A DNA stretch of 64,000 nucleotides from Octopus bimaculoides (GCF_001194135.2 NC_068981.1:199577346-199641345); one strand, 5' to 3'. Counted from the stretch's first letter, positions 49,045 to 63,022 are shown. Notes: a model not told the origin generated them from the sequence alone. Numbers and translations are program-made.

Positions 49045-51270
49045 ATATTTTGTAGTGTGTAAACAAATTTGGTTATTTTCATATCGCTTGTTTAAAAGAT
49101 GTTTTGTAGCCATTAGGATTTTGAGGCGTTCAGTTAGACAGAGGTCACAACGTCTGTTAGCTGGGTTATAAGAATTTGCTGCTTTTAGTATATGCCATTT
49201 TAGTTTATATTCTATCTTATTGTCCTTTAATTCCCAGATATAGCTACTAAGTCCTGATGAATTTGGCTTTTCTCTATTTTTAAAGCTAGATTGGTGTTCA
49301 TTGTATCTGAGGCGTATTTGGTTTTTCGTGGCGCCAATATAAGATCTACTATGGCCGTAAGTGTGTACGGCGCATTGGTAAACTTCATTTTCGGTCTTAC
49401 ATCTATTGGAGAAATTGCATTGCATTTATTCCTATCTCTACAGCTACATAAATTATAAGGGGTGTCTATGTCTGTGTGTTGTTGTGTGGCCCTATTGTTT
49501 TTTTTTTTCGTGTGTCTCTGCTAACAAGGGGTGTTGGATTAGGGTTGGGGTTTGTTCTATTAGTTGGACGGTTGTTAGTTTGGTTGTTCGTGGTCTTTCT
49601 AGCTGTATAGAATGCGTCTAATTTTTTATTATTAATAGATGCTAAGATGGTAGCAAAGTTACACGTCAGGCTGTGGCCTATTCTGATTTTGTTCTTAAAT
49701 ATTGCTGCGTATTTATTATTTATATTTAGTTGTTTATCTTNNNNNNNNNNNNNNNNNNNNNNNNNNNNNNNNNNNNNNNNNNNNNNNNNNNNNNNNNNNN
49801 NNNNNNNNNNNNNNNNNNNNNNNNNNNNNNNNNNNNNNNNNNNNNNNNNNNNNNNNNNNNNNNNNNNNNNNNNNNNNNNNNNNNNNNNNNNNNNNNNNNN
49901 NNNNNNNNNNNNNNNNNNNNNNNNNNNNNNNNNNNNNNNNNNNNNNNNNNNNNNNNNNNNNNNNNNNNNNNNNNNNNNNNNNNNNNNNNNNNNNNNNNNN
50001 NNNNNNNNNNNNNNNNNNNNNNNNNNNNNNNNNNNNNNNNNNNNNNNNNNNNNNNNNNNNNNNNNNNNNNNNNNNNNNNNNNNNNNNNNNNNNNNNNNNN
50101 NNNNNNNNNNNNNNNNNNNNNNNNNNNNNNNNNNNNNNNNNNNNNNNNNNNNNNNNNNNNNNNNNNNNNNNNNNNNNNNNNNNNNNNTTATTAATAATAA
50201 ACTTATCTTTGTATGGCTTAACATTGATTATGTTCTGCTTGTTATTGTATTTCTGCTTCGTCATGTTATTAGTCTTATTAATCCTAGTAGTATTGTTGGT
50301 ATTGGTGTTTACACTGTTGTTGGTATTTTTGGTGTTATGTGGTTTGGCTTTGGGATCCTTTGTATTTCTATTACTTTTATTATGTTTAACTGTGTCCTTC
50401 ATATTGTTAGTGTGGTTTGCAGCAGGGTTTGGTGTATTATTAGTGTATGTGTTGCTAGCGTTTAGATTCCCTTTATTTGGGTCTTTTTTGTGGTTATTGG
50501 GTTCTATGAATTTAATTTTATGGTTGAATCCTGCCTTATGTAGTGCGATGTTATAGGTTTCCTTATGCTTGTTAAAAATATCCCGGTTAGAGGAGAGGCG
50601 TGATATCCTATTGCTTATACTATGTACTAATCCTCTCTTAAGGAATAGTGGGTGGTTACTGGATGCGTTTATGTATTTTAGGTTAGTGTTTGGCTTTATG
50701 TAAGGTTCATGGAGTCCTGTGGCTAGGTTGCAATTTGTGTCTAAGTAGTTTATGGAGGTGTGTTCATTTTCTATGGAAATGGCTAGTCCAAATCTTTTGA
50801 AGAATTTATGTAGGTTTTTCTTGATGAGTTCAAGTTTCCTGCTAGAGGGATTTTTAACTATGAAAAGCGTGTCGTCCCTGTATAAACCACCTTTGAGATC
50901 TGGGAATTCCTCCTGTATGTTTGAAAGCAAATATATGTCCATGGTGATATCGAAGGAGTTCGGGGAGTCCTTATGGACCCAGAGTTTGTTATCAAAGCTT
51001 ATAACTGATTTCCTTGCTTCAAGTATTACTTTAATTTCTTTCCTAGTTAGATGTGAGTGTTTTTTGGCGAATATTAGGGCACTATTTAGGATCGTGGGGT
51101 TAACTGAGGAGTAATAGTCTACTATGTCTATCTGTATGAATTTATAGTTATTTGTGTTCGGTATTTTGGAGAACCAGTTCAGGGCTTCGTATGTGTTGGA
51201 CCATAATTCGAGGGAGAGTCTATTTTTTAGCGTAGGGAAGTACTTATCTAGTATTAGTTTACTTAATTTA
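49045..51270 (-). mobile_element. Penelope-like retroelement (RT plus GIY-YIG endonuclease), 5'-truncated, 447-N gap inside
   Basis: FIQIDIVDYYSSV, GLYRDD, SSNHP..LKRGLVHSISNRISRLSS (thumb), NEVYQC...SYIGAT..RLRYNEH..SF, CDLCLTE...LLNKR.E (GIY-YIG). Confidence 0.95.
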
Positions 51271-51372
51271 CATTATATAATCTCCACATAATTAAATCAA
51301 TGGCTAACTAGCCCAATCGACTTGCTTCTTCCTGTGTTTGTTTCTCCATTCTCCACTTAAATATATATATAA

Positions 51373-51424
<52 letters not shown>

Positions 51425-51453
51425 ATGTGTGTGTGTATAAGTGCATATGTATG

Positions 51454-51487
<34 letters not shown>

Positions 51488-52226
51488 TGTATGTATGCAT
51501 GTATGCATAGACTGGAGTTCTATTCACACACACAAATGCATATACTTGCTTGGCCTTGATATAATCTCATAATTAATATCGAAAACAATGGACTTCTTTC
51601 CATAAGAGCAAATTCAGAAATGGGAAAAGGTTATTTTGAACTCTTTATTGTTAATTTTTGTATTTCTCAGTCTTTATTGAATTAGATTATTAAATTGCTT
51701 GGAAGCTTTGGAAAGGACTTACTGCAGAAAGTAAAGCTGGAATGGTAGAGGTGAACTAGAGATGGCATTCACAGTGGGTATTCTATTGACTTCAATACTT
51801 AATCTTTATAACCTTTCTTGAAGTTTTCCTTGAAATTCAGATTCATAATGGATTAACAACTATTTCAGAATTCCAAAGAGAAAATGGAAAATGTTTAACC
51901 CAAAAGTGGTGACAAATATCTATTTTACTTTTCTGTGAATTATTGAAATTTTCAGGGAATTTCTTTCAATTCATCAAATATTGGAAATTGGGAAATATCA
52001 AGTCTTTTCAAATAAATTCTTGAAAATTAAGTAATATGTAATATGTATATATTTTTTCTTTGATTGTGTTTTCATCTTAGAGAGCCATTTCAAGTGAATG
52101 TAAATATGTTTTGTTATGGTTGCAGAGAAAGCAGAACCAACTGAATAGAAGTTGGAATGGTCTATTGTCTCTCTAACTGAGACAAGATACATGACTACTT
52201 TGATATTTGATACACACACACACACA

Positions 52227-52638
52227 TATTTCTAGTAAAAAGTAAGTGCTGCAATGTACCTTCAGTTACTATTAGTGTCAATTGAATTCTTCCTTTTTGG
52301 TGTTATATTGCGTCTAGCTACTTTACTAATTTTCACATTACCATTTTGCCAAATCAGTCATTGATTCTTCTGGTAAATTTGACTTAACTGTAAACGATAG
52401 AGCAATACTACTCATGAGCTTTAATTTCAAGCTAAATTGCTTTGCCAGTTTAGTACCCTCGCTTGCTATGGGGTGGTTAACTCCCCTGTCAGTACATAGA
52501 CTTGTGCAATGTTTGTGGCTACAAGAGTATTGGAGTCTTATTTCTAGCAATGTTGGTGCTACTGTGCACCCTCGGTCACTATTAGTGACAGTTGAATTCT
52601 TTCTTTTTGGTTTCATATTGTGCCTAGCCAACTTTATT
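52227..52638. repeat. Two diverged ~100-bp direct repeats, 312 bp apart
   Basis: TATTTCTAG...TGCT...ACTATTAGTG.CA.TTGAATTCTT.CTTTTTGGT.T.ATATTG.G.CTAGC at 52227-52327 and 52539-52638. Confidence 0.8.
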
Positions 52639-52641
52639 ATG

Positions 52642-52715
<74 letters not shown>

Positions 52716-52879
52716 TATACATCATATNNNNNNNNNNNNNNNNNNNNNNNNNNNNNNNNNNNNNNNNNNNNNNNNNNNNNNNNNNNNNNNNNNNNNNNNN
52801 NNNNNNNNNNNNNNNNNNNNNNNNNNNNNNNNNNNNNNNNNNNNNNNNNNNNNNNNNNNNNNNNNNNNNNNTATATATA

Positions 52880-53760
52880 TATCGAAAATAAGGAAATGGG
52901 ATCTTTGTAGTTTTCATCATTGTTTACAATTTTCTTTTAAAAAAAAATCTTTAATGTATCATTTTGATGTAATTTTTGATGCTGAATCCGAATTTGTTAT
53001 TCATTTATTCCAGAAAAATTTTGCAAAAACTTTACTGCTGTTCAAAGTTTGACAATTTTCAGAATTTTCAGCCAATCAGAAAACACTGCATTCACTGCTT
53101 CTTTCACCATCGGCGGCAGGGACATCGGCATGTCAAAACATTGCTAGAAATAACAGTCAAAGCATTAAAATATACACAAATAAAGTTAACATTAAAACAT
53201 TTGCAAGTAAATTAAATATTTAAAAGCTACGAACAAACAAACCAAAAAGAGTTGCTAGAAATAACAGTCAAACCATTGTTTTAAACATTTATTAGCTTAA
53301 AAAATTCAAGAATGAAAGTTTGCAATACACACACACACACACACACACATTCACATACCTCCCTTTTTTACATACACACAAAACACTCCCACTACCAGTT
53401 TGCCATCACTGCTTCCTTCCTTATTCATCTATCACCCCTTCCTTTCTCATTCTTATGTTGTGATGGAGAAAAACACAAGAGTATTATTATAGTAGACAGA
53501 AGATTGTCTTTCTCGTAGTTTCTTCTCCTCCTTGTACATGCACAGCATCTTTGGTTACTATGGAAACAGAGATTTTTGCCACGGTGATGGGTAAAATACT
53601 TGCTCCTGATTGGCTAAAATATCCAAATGTTAAAGGCTAATAACTTTTTAATTACGGATTTATAAGAAAAATGAATTTCATTTTCATAATTATTATACAA
53701 AACTCAATCCATGTACCAAATTTGAAAACAACTGGAACAAAATTGTAAACCGTGCCGAAA
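52880..53760. mobile_element. Possible non-autonomous DNA transposon remnants
   Basis: GATGCTGAATCCGAATTTG...CAGCCAATCAG near 52980-53080 and CTGATTGGCTAAAAT...TAATAACTTTT...CATGTACCAAATTT near 53605-53725, typical MITE subterminal motifs. Confidence 0.3.
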
Positions 53761-54479
53761 ACAGCAAAGATCAAGGAAACGGAGTGGATAGAATCCAGGC
53801 TACATGCTTCATAGCTAGAAGAACCTTGAAAGTAGAGATTATCAGAGCAAGGGGTAAACTGCTAGCTACTCATCAGGCCAAAACAAGTTAACATTGTCGT
53901 TGAGGGATCCTATGTTGACTCACAGGAGATTCAATTTAAAATGCATAGAAAGCATAGAGATGGAGAAGAAAAGCATATTAGTGAAGCAGTAATATATACA
54001 GGAATGGGTAAATGATGAGAATACGAAAAGGGAAGAGGTGGGGACGAGTAGGGGCAAATTAATTAAGCAAGAGTGAGCAAACACTATTCTAGCTTCATGT
54101 CCAAAGTTAGAACTAACAGCACTGCTTTGTCGCAGCTAATTCACAACCTTAAAATTCAACTCTATATAACTTAAAATGGCCCTTAGATGCAATCCACCAA
54201 TTATTTGAATCAACAAAATAATTTGATTTTTTTGCCACAAACACAAATTATGCAACACTTTTTCAAAGTACAAATAACACTGCCCTACCCATGTCCCCAA
54301 CTATTCCTCTGCCCCCACTTTGCAGTTCTTCAATGTTTTTATAACTAACAATTTTTGACTACTTTAATAATTTTTACATTATGCTATCTTATATTTTTCA
54401 TATTTTTTATTTTTTTATCCCTTTATCTGTTTATAGTTTATGTTTTTCCTAACATTTTTACCTCCCTAAATCTTTGTTC

Positions 54480-54960
54480 TGTACATACCAGTGCAGTCGT
54501 ACACCACATCTGATGCCTCTTATGCCAAACTTTTCTCTCAAAATGCTTACATTCTGTCAAACATGCACACTGACATTACACATCCAACAAAGCATACAAG
54601 CTTCATTTCTTTCAATCCCATGCATGTCCTCAGATGTCACAGCCCATGTTTCACTGTCATGTAGCATAGCTGTTTGCACACAGGCTTCATACAATCTGCC
54701 TTTCACTCTGAGGGAGAGGCCCTTTGTTGCCAGTAGAAGTAGGAGCTCTCTGAACTTTGACCAGCCAATTCTTATTCTGATAGCTACCCTCAGAGCATCC
54801 ACCTCAGCTATTAACTTGGTCACCTGGAAAACAGAAGCTATTTACTGCCTCATGTGGTGTGTGTAGGGCTGCAATATCTGTGAGAGCTTATATTGGAGAT
54901 TGGTCTACCCCAACTTTGGCCATCCACCAATACCATGGAGTCTGACAAAGAGTTTGACCA
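54480..54960 (-). pseudogene. RTE LINE RT C-terminal remnant
   Basis: RIRIGWSKFRELLLLLATKGLSLRVKGRLYEACVQTAMLHDSETW...ERNEACMLCWMCNV. Confidence 0.9.
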
Positions 54961-56559
54961 GAGCATACACTAACACACCCAAAAACAAACACACACACCC
55001 CAACATGGTGGACACCTACCCAATAGACTGTCTTCTACACACACACCCAATATAAACACCTACACACATTGTACTCCTACACACACACCCCATGTACATG
55101 TAAAGGTGCCATGAATTTAACCAATACATAAAAGAAAGAAAACACACTAATGTATACCTTACACCCCCTGCAAAGGTTCTACATATCGCACCCCTTCACA
55201 AATTCCATTTCCATTTGGTGCAAATGGGTCTTGTCATGTGACTTTTCCAAAAGGTTTCTCACTCATTAAGCTTGGTTTCACTTGGTTCAATTATATAATT
55301 CATTTTGTTATTTGCCTGTAACTGGTTGCATACAGAGTTTCATAGTTTGGAATGGTATGTATATAGGTAATGGGCCTACACATAGTTCCACATGCACAGG
55401 TGAACCCACTTTCCCCAAATCCCTGTTATATGTTTCACATCACTCTTACATTTTCATCATTTCAGCTAAGAACCTTGATGAATCACAGCAACATCATTCC
55501 TTCCCTTATTGATCGATTCATTGTTTCTTAAAATATTTTTTTTCCTCATTCACCTTCCTTTCTTTTACCTGGTTTTCATTGTGGTTCTTATTATTATTGT
55601 TTTAACTCTATTTTATATTTTTTATTATATTTCATTTTTTTTTTTTCATACTTCATTTCAGATATCTTTCAATTAACCATTAATTAGTTGCCAAAACAGT
55701 GAAATTAGAGAAAAAAATTGTGATACTGCATATCAACAAAAAGTAAAACAAACAATTGAAACAATGGAATAAGTTTTATGTTGAAGGAGAGAAGAGAAGA
55801 GAATTTTGAATATTTGGACTGGGGAGAGAGAGGGGGGGGGATAGAGGGGGGGAGAGGAAAAGAGAGAGAGAGAGAGAGGAAAAGAAAAGAAAGCTGTAAA
55901 CAGAAAATGAAAAAAGTGGAGAAATGGTGTTGGTTGGGTTGAAAGGGAAAACAAACCAAAGATAGGTGATGTGAGTAGAAGAGAAGTGATGCAAGCAATA
56001 GGAAGATAGTTGGAATACGGAAAAGATAACGAAGGTTCAGTAGAGAGGAAAGAACAAAGGGGACACACACACACAGAGTGATTGACTGATGGCCATCTCT
56101 CAGAGTCCAAGAAAAACAGTTGTGCAATTTCTTGCAGAACAACCTGCACAAATAATTTTGTTTACAGTGGTCAGATATTGATGTGATGTACATTAGCTTG
56201 TTTCCTCCATCAAATTGACATTGCCAGAACAGGTGCACTGTGCACCACATGTCAGATGCAGAGCAATATAAGATGAAGTGTTTTGCTTAAGAATACAATA
56301 CACCACCTGGTCCAGGAAGTGAGATGATATCACAACCATGAGTGCAACATTCTACCCACTTGACCATGTGCCCTCACACACAAATACATACATACACGCA
56401 TATATATATATATATTCATTATTTGCAACAGAAAGCAGTATTAGTTTAAAATAGTAATCTGTGTATCATACTTAAAGCAGATACACTGTTGAAAGCCTAG
56501 TTATCTGCAGTATTCATCCTGAGACAGTATCACTTTTTTATAAAAGGTAAAGACTCATT

Positions 56560-56990
56560 TCAATCATGGATGAAGTTACCCTCCAAAGCACAAGTCCGGG
56601 CAAGGTTGTTTATGGAAAACCAGCAATCCCCCATGCATACCAGTCTCACCTCCCCACACCATTGATGTTATCCAAAGGAAGGGCAAAGGGGCCGATACTG
56701 CTTGGCGCAGCTCATTGCTACAGCTGAGTTAACTGGAGCAACATTAAAAAAGTATCTTGCTCAAGAATACAACACACAATTATATTATGTAAAAAGCACC
56801 CAGTGGAGTACTCTGTAAAGTGGTTGATGTTAGGAAAGGCATCCAGCCATATAAACCCTGCCAGAACAGACATGGTGTCTGGGCAGCTCTCCATCCTTGC
56901 CAGCTCCTGTCAAACCGTCCAACCCATGCCAGCATGGGAAATGGACATTAAATGATGATGATGATGATGATGATGATGCAGGCATATTCT
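56560..56990. mobile_element. SINE remnant (minus) followed by an RTE-tail repeat (plus)
   Basis: CACAAGTCCGGGCAAGGTTGTTTATGGAA...CTACAGCTGAGT.AACTGGAGC; then GGCATCCAGCCAT...CCAACCCATGCCAGCATGG(GAT)n. Confidence 0.6.
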
Positions 56991-57049
56991 TTTACTGAAT
57001 TCAATCATTGGACACTCAGTAGACTAGAACACCACTTCTTTTTTCACAC

Positions 57050-57050
57050 T

Positions 57051-57133
<83 letters not shown>

Positions 57134-57192
57134 TCTCTCTCTCCCTCTCTCCCTCTCTCTCTCTCTTTCTCTCTCTCTCTCCCTCTCTCTCA
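57050..57192. repeat. (CT)n microsatellite
   Basis: Directly visible; similar tracts at 36105-36235 and 30114-30143. Confidence 0.95.
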
Positions 57193-59714
57193 CATAGAGG
57201 AAGAAGCATTGAGAATGTATTCTACATGTGTTAAAAGTGCACTGCTGTCTGACAATGAAGTTCTGACGTTACCAACAAAGGATGTAAATTGACAGCAGAA
57301 TATACAAAGTGAAAAGGAGTCATCAAATGTACAACCGTAGTCACAAGTTGAATGCAAATCAGTGAGAAAGTGAATAATTAGCAGATACTTTGATTGGTCC
57401 AATGACTGGTCTTAACCAATATACCTCCATCATGCGTCAGACTTTCACTGTCAATTCAGAAATACATATAATGGTCCAATAGCGAACAGTACGATACATT
57501 TACGACATTTCTTTAAATAAAACCATCGGAACAAAGAGGTTTTAAATTGCTGAACTAAAATGTCAGACAAGTAATTTATTAATTAATGCTTTTATAATAG
57601 CTATTGCTATTTTTTTAATTTCTGGTTTTACCTCTTTAAAGAAGAATTTCTATGACATTTAAAACAACTTTAATCCAACGATGATTGTTAGAAATTGTTG
57701 TTAATTAGAAAGTATGTGAGCTTATATTCACAAACTAAAACTGATTGTAGCATTACAAATTTGATGAAAAATTTAATGACATTTTCTATCATAAAAGGAA
57801 ACTTGTTGTTCTATTTATTAGGATCATGTTGTATGATAAAATGAAATTATTTGTTGATCCCAAAATTGAGTGACACCTAAGCATATGAGTAACAAAGCAT
57901 TTAACAATCTTCCATTTTAGAATTGAGTTATTTCGTGGAAATCTCAAGAGATTTTGATGCAAACAAAAAACATAGTTGGTCTTTTTGTAGGGAAAATATG
58001 TTTCTTCTTTAATTCCTGGTCCTTGACATGACCAAGCAAAAGGGGAAAAAAGTTAACTTTTAATTTCAAGTAAATATCAGAAATAAGTGATGCCTTCCTG
58101 TGTTTCTCTGAAAATGTCTGAGATGAATTTTAATTAATTTGTCAACAAGAATTCCATGTAAAAGCACAAAATTCTCTTTCTTTTCTCAATTCTCATGTTT
58201 TGACCTATAAATATGCAAGACAATGCTGGGAGAGTGTAGTAAGACACAAAGCTGTCCAAAGCTGACACCAGCATCACAAAAAACATTCATCAAATATAAA
58301 TCAATTTTAAATTATCAAAATTCCAAACCAGCCTCCACTGCCCTTTTGCAACCAGCAGGAATCACTGATTTAATAATGCTTCTTCTCATTTCATGACAAA
58401 CAGTATTTCATAGAATGGTGTGAATATATAAACAAGAAGAGAGCACAAACATTAACAGTTTTCTTTTCTTGCAGAAGATGCTTTTGAGTAATCTCCCCAT
58501 TTATAATTCCTTCCACACAGTTTTGGTTTGGAATTTCAGCTCTTGCTGCCTGGCATTGTCCTTGTCTCCCTGCACAAGTAATTCCTTGAAGAATTTGCAG
58601 CTCTCCAAGACAAGATGGGTTGCTTGGGTGCGGAAAAATAATATGAAGAGAAGAAAGAAGGGAGAAGGATGACGAGAGCATCGGAGAAGGGTATGTAGAC
58701 AGATGATACGGTAGAGAGGGAGAGAGGGAGAGAGAAAAGGAAGAAACAAAGAAAGGAAAGAATGTGATGTGGAGGTCCTCATCAACTGGGGCTGACAATA
58801 TTGGTGATGTAGCCTTGGCAGAATAAAAGAGGGTAGCTGTCAGCAGAAACAGAGATTAAGAGGATTGGTGCAGTGCCTCTGCATAGAATAGTATGGCTAT
58901 GTGATATGAAGTTAAGATAGGATTATATACAGAGAAGCACAATTATAGAAGAAGGAAGTAAATTGAGAATGTCACCAGGCTGAAGGACAACAATACCAAA
59001 TCTCTCATGTTTTTATAGTTTTTATAGAAATTAGTGTGGGAGAGAGAAAAAGGATTTGAGATTTTTTACTTGTGATATTTGTACATTTGTGAAAAATGTA
59101 TATTTTAGTTGCACAGGAAATAGATCCAAGAAAGTTCTTCTGGAATTTTGGTGGTGAGGGCGACTGGAGGTTTGCTGCAAATAAATGGCTGCCCTCGGTC
59201 ATCTGCTCTGCTGAATCTTAAATAGATGCCATACACATGAACAGCTGAACAACAGACTTTATTGTAAGTCATGTCCCAGAGTAAATGGCTGTCAATTTGT
59301 CCTCTGCCCAGTCATAAATATTTGCATAGATATCCACATTAACACCTAAATAACAAACTTCAATGTGTGCTGCCTTGTCCCATGATAATATTAATAACAA
59401 TAATAAATATTTCATAAGATAGCAAGCATATTGAATATGACAGCATATGAATACATAAACAACATAACATAAAGTAGAATATAGAAAAATTTTAAAAAAA
59501 TTTAAATTATGGAATGCTTCTCTTTTCTTTCCTTTCTTTTCCTACGGTGGTTTTTTTTCTTTTCTCTTTTTTCTTTTTTAAGTTTCAAAATGGTAAATGT
59601 GCCATTTCTTAATATTTTGTTGTGAGAAAATGGCTGCCCTTCTATCCTTTCTATTTGTATAAACACACACATGCACATGCACACACATACACGCACACAC
59701 ACACACGCACACAC

Positions 59715-59751
<37 letters not shown>

Positions 59752-59829
59752 ATGTACATATATATTCATTTGTTTTATGTCCATTCTTCTACACTGACAA
59801 AGATCAAACAAACACATACTGCTGAAGCA

Positions 59830-61246
59830 TTAATGAGATTAAGAAAGACCCCAAGAAATGTTATGAGAAGAGATTTTGAATGTGGAAAATGTGTGAAAGA
59901 AAGGGTATCTACCTGAAGTTCACACAACTGAAAAACCAGCTATTAGGGTAGATAGTTATGATTTAAAATGGTTAGTAAAGATATGAAGTAAAGAAAGCAA
60001 CTGGTGCAGCTGGTCTACTCTTTGAGATATTGAAAATATCTAGGGAAATATGTCAACAATGTTATACAAGAAAGTATCATACCTGTTGACTGGAATAATA
60101 GTAGTAGAATGATAAACTACTAACAAGGGCAAAGGAGATGCTCTAGAAAGAATTTCAGAGATATCAAACAGATGGAACAAGAAATGAAAGTAAGAGGTAA
60201 GTGTTAACACGAGTGATTAGAAAAAGAATCCTTGTGAAACGTGATGCAGTTCAGATTCATCTCAGGTCAGAGCCCTCTTTATAGGGAAACAACAGCAAAA
60301 GTTCCTAGCCAAGAGAAAACCTCTTTAGCTAGTATTTGTTGATCTGAATACGACAGTCGATGTATGGCATGGTGAGTGCTAAGAAAACTAGGAGTTGAAG
60401 AATGGCTCCTGAAAACAGTGAAAGCCACACAGAGATGCAGTTTCTGCCAAGAGTGAGTTGGCAATGAGTTCAGTGAAGAATTTAGATTATAAGTGGGTGT
60501 CCACCAAGGCTCAGTTCTCAGACCCTTCAGTACTGTAGACCATAACAGTATAGTTTAAGACTGGTTTCCCATGTGAACTTGCACATGCTGGTGACCTAAT
60601 TATTATAGCAGAGACTAAAAGAGAGTTTGAGAAAAATTTCCAAATGTGAATAGAAAACCTAGAATCAAGAGGCCTCAGAACAAATTTAGAGGAAACTAAA
60701 TGTCTTTTAGTAGGAAAGAAAAAAGGATTCTTATACTATCAGAAGAATGGCTGTAGTCAATATTCAGAAAAGGAAGTTCCCTACAATGAAATTAGAAATT
60801 CCTGGTCGTATAACTAATAGAGTCCATGAATACAATGTTGTATGATAATAAGACATAGAGACTGAATGCAGAAGATGAGCAAAGATTGGAAAGAAAGTGT
60901 GGTTTGCTGGAGATGTAATGTATTGTGTGCATGAATGACCAGGCACAAATAAACTGAGAATAAAACTGGGTATAAAAGGAACCAATTGCAGTGTGTGAAG
61001 ATGTTGACTACTGTTATGGATATGTAATGTGTATGAAGAGCCAGAAGATTGATGTAGAAGGAATATATAGAAGAGGAAGAATAAACAAGACGTTGGCAAA
61101 AGTGGTGAAAGCTGATCACATGCAGCTGAACCTTTCAAAGGAGACGGCCATAGAATGCAACAAATTGTAAGGCAATGCATTGGAGAAGACATGTCCAGCT
61201 CATACAAGCATAAAAGAAAGGACATCTAAAAATATGAGGATGATAC

Positions 61247-61250
<4 letters not shown>
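59830..61250 (+). mobile_element. Highly degenerate RTE LINE (RT to 3' end)
   Basis: KATGAAGLLFEILK, NKGKGDAL, LRKLGVEEWL, VGVHQGSVL, and C-terminal AEDEQRLER fragments across shifted frames. Confidence 0.8.
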
Positions 61251-61309
<59 letters not shown>

Positions 61310-61700
61310 TAGATAGACAGACAGATAGATAGATAGAAAGATAGACATACATAAATATACAGAAACATGTCCATACATACATGCATACATATACACACAA
61401 ACTCATATATATACATACCAATATACAAACACATACATATCTACAATTCAACTTACTCCACATATATACAATCGCTTGTTTTTGTTTGTTGTTATCTTTT
61501 TTATGTTTCACATTTATTTTTCCTCATCAGAATTAAATATAGAAGATTGAAATTTAATCATTGATCAGTATACATTTACAACCTAATTTAGATATACATC
61601 AGTCTCTCTTTCTCACTCTTATTCTCTCTCTCTCTCTTCCTTTCTCTGTGTGTGTGTATATATATATATATATATGTATGGATGTATATATATATATACA

Positions 61701-61735
<35 letters not shown>

Positions 61736-62911
61736 NNNNNNNNNNNNNNNNNNNNNNNNNNNNNNNNNNNNNNNNNNNNNNNNNNNNNNNNNNNNNNNNN
61801 NNNNNNNNNNNNNNNNNNNNNNNNNNNNNNNNNNNNNNNNNNNNNNNNNNNNNNNNNNNNNNNNNNNNNNNNNNNNNNNNNNNNNNNNNNNNNNNNNNNN
61901 NNNNNNNNNNNNNNNNNNNNNNNNNNNNNNNNNNNNNNNNNNNNNNNNNNNNNNNNNNNNNNNNNNNNNNNNNNNNNNNNNNNNNNNNNNNNNNNNNNNN
62001 NNNNNNNNNNNNNNNNNNNNNNNNNNNNNNNNNNNNNNNNNNNNNNNNNNNNNNNNNNNNNNNNNNNNNNNNNNNNNNNNNNNNNNNNNNNNNNNNNNNN
62101 NNNNNNNNNNNNNNNNNNNNNNNNNNNNNNNNNNNNNNNNNNNNNNNNNNNNNNNNNNNNNNNNNNNNNNNNNNNNNNNNNNNNNNNNNNNNNNNNNNNN
62201 NNNNNNNNNNNNNNNNNNNNNNNNNNNNNNNNNNNNNNNNNNNNNNNNNNNNNNNNNNNNNNNNNNNNNNNNNNNNNNNNNNNNNNNNNNNNNNNNNNNN
62301 NNNNNNNNNNNNNNNNNNNNNNNNNNNNNNNNNNNNNNNNNNNNNNNNNNNNNNNNNNNNNNNNNNNNNNNNNNNNNNNNNNNNNNNNNNNNNNNNNNNN
62401 NNNNNNNNNNNNNNNNNNNNNNNNNNNNNNNNNNNNNNNNNNNNNNNNNNNNNNNNNNNNNNNTATATATATATATATATATGTATGTATGTAAGTATGT
62501 ATATATGTAAATATGTACGTTTGTGTGTATGTATTTTCCTTTGATCAAATATGATTGCAGACAAAACTTGAAATGTAATTATGATAGAAGTCTGCATTTG
62601 AAGTTGAATGAATCCAGTTTTTGGCTGTGAAGGGAATCACAGAACACAAAGACAACTACAAAAACACCAATCATCATCACAACTTACCCAGACACAATTC
62701 TTCTCAAAGCAATAAGATTTTGTTTTGTTTACCTGTTTATTTTTAACTTCACTAATTTAAAAATACTTGTCTATCATTGCATAACTAAACAGTTTCTCTC
62801 TTACTTTCTCCCTATCTCACTCTTTCACTTCTCTCTCTCTCTCTCTCTCACTCTTAATAAGAACATAGAAACACACATGCATATATGCATATATATGTAT
62901 GTATATATATG

Positions 62912-62942
<31 letters not shown>

Positions 62943-62974
62943 CATGTATGACACCCACACATATGTATGCATGT

Positions 62975-63022
<48 letters not shown>

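Noticed and set aside
58391-58798. Overlapping ORFs and a strong plus-strand acceptor at 58473
   Set aside because: No recognisable domain, stops before the best donor, and adjacent decayed LINE-like sequence; insufficient support for a CDS.
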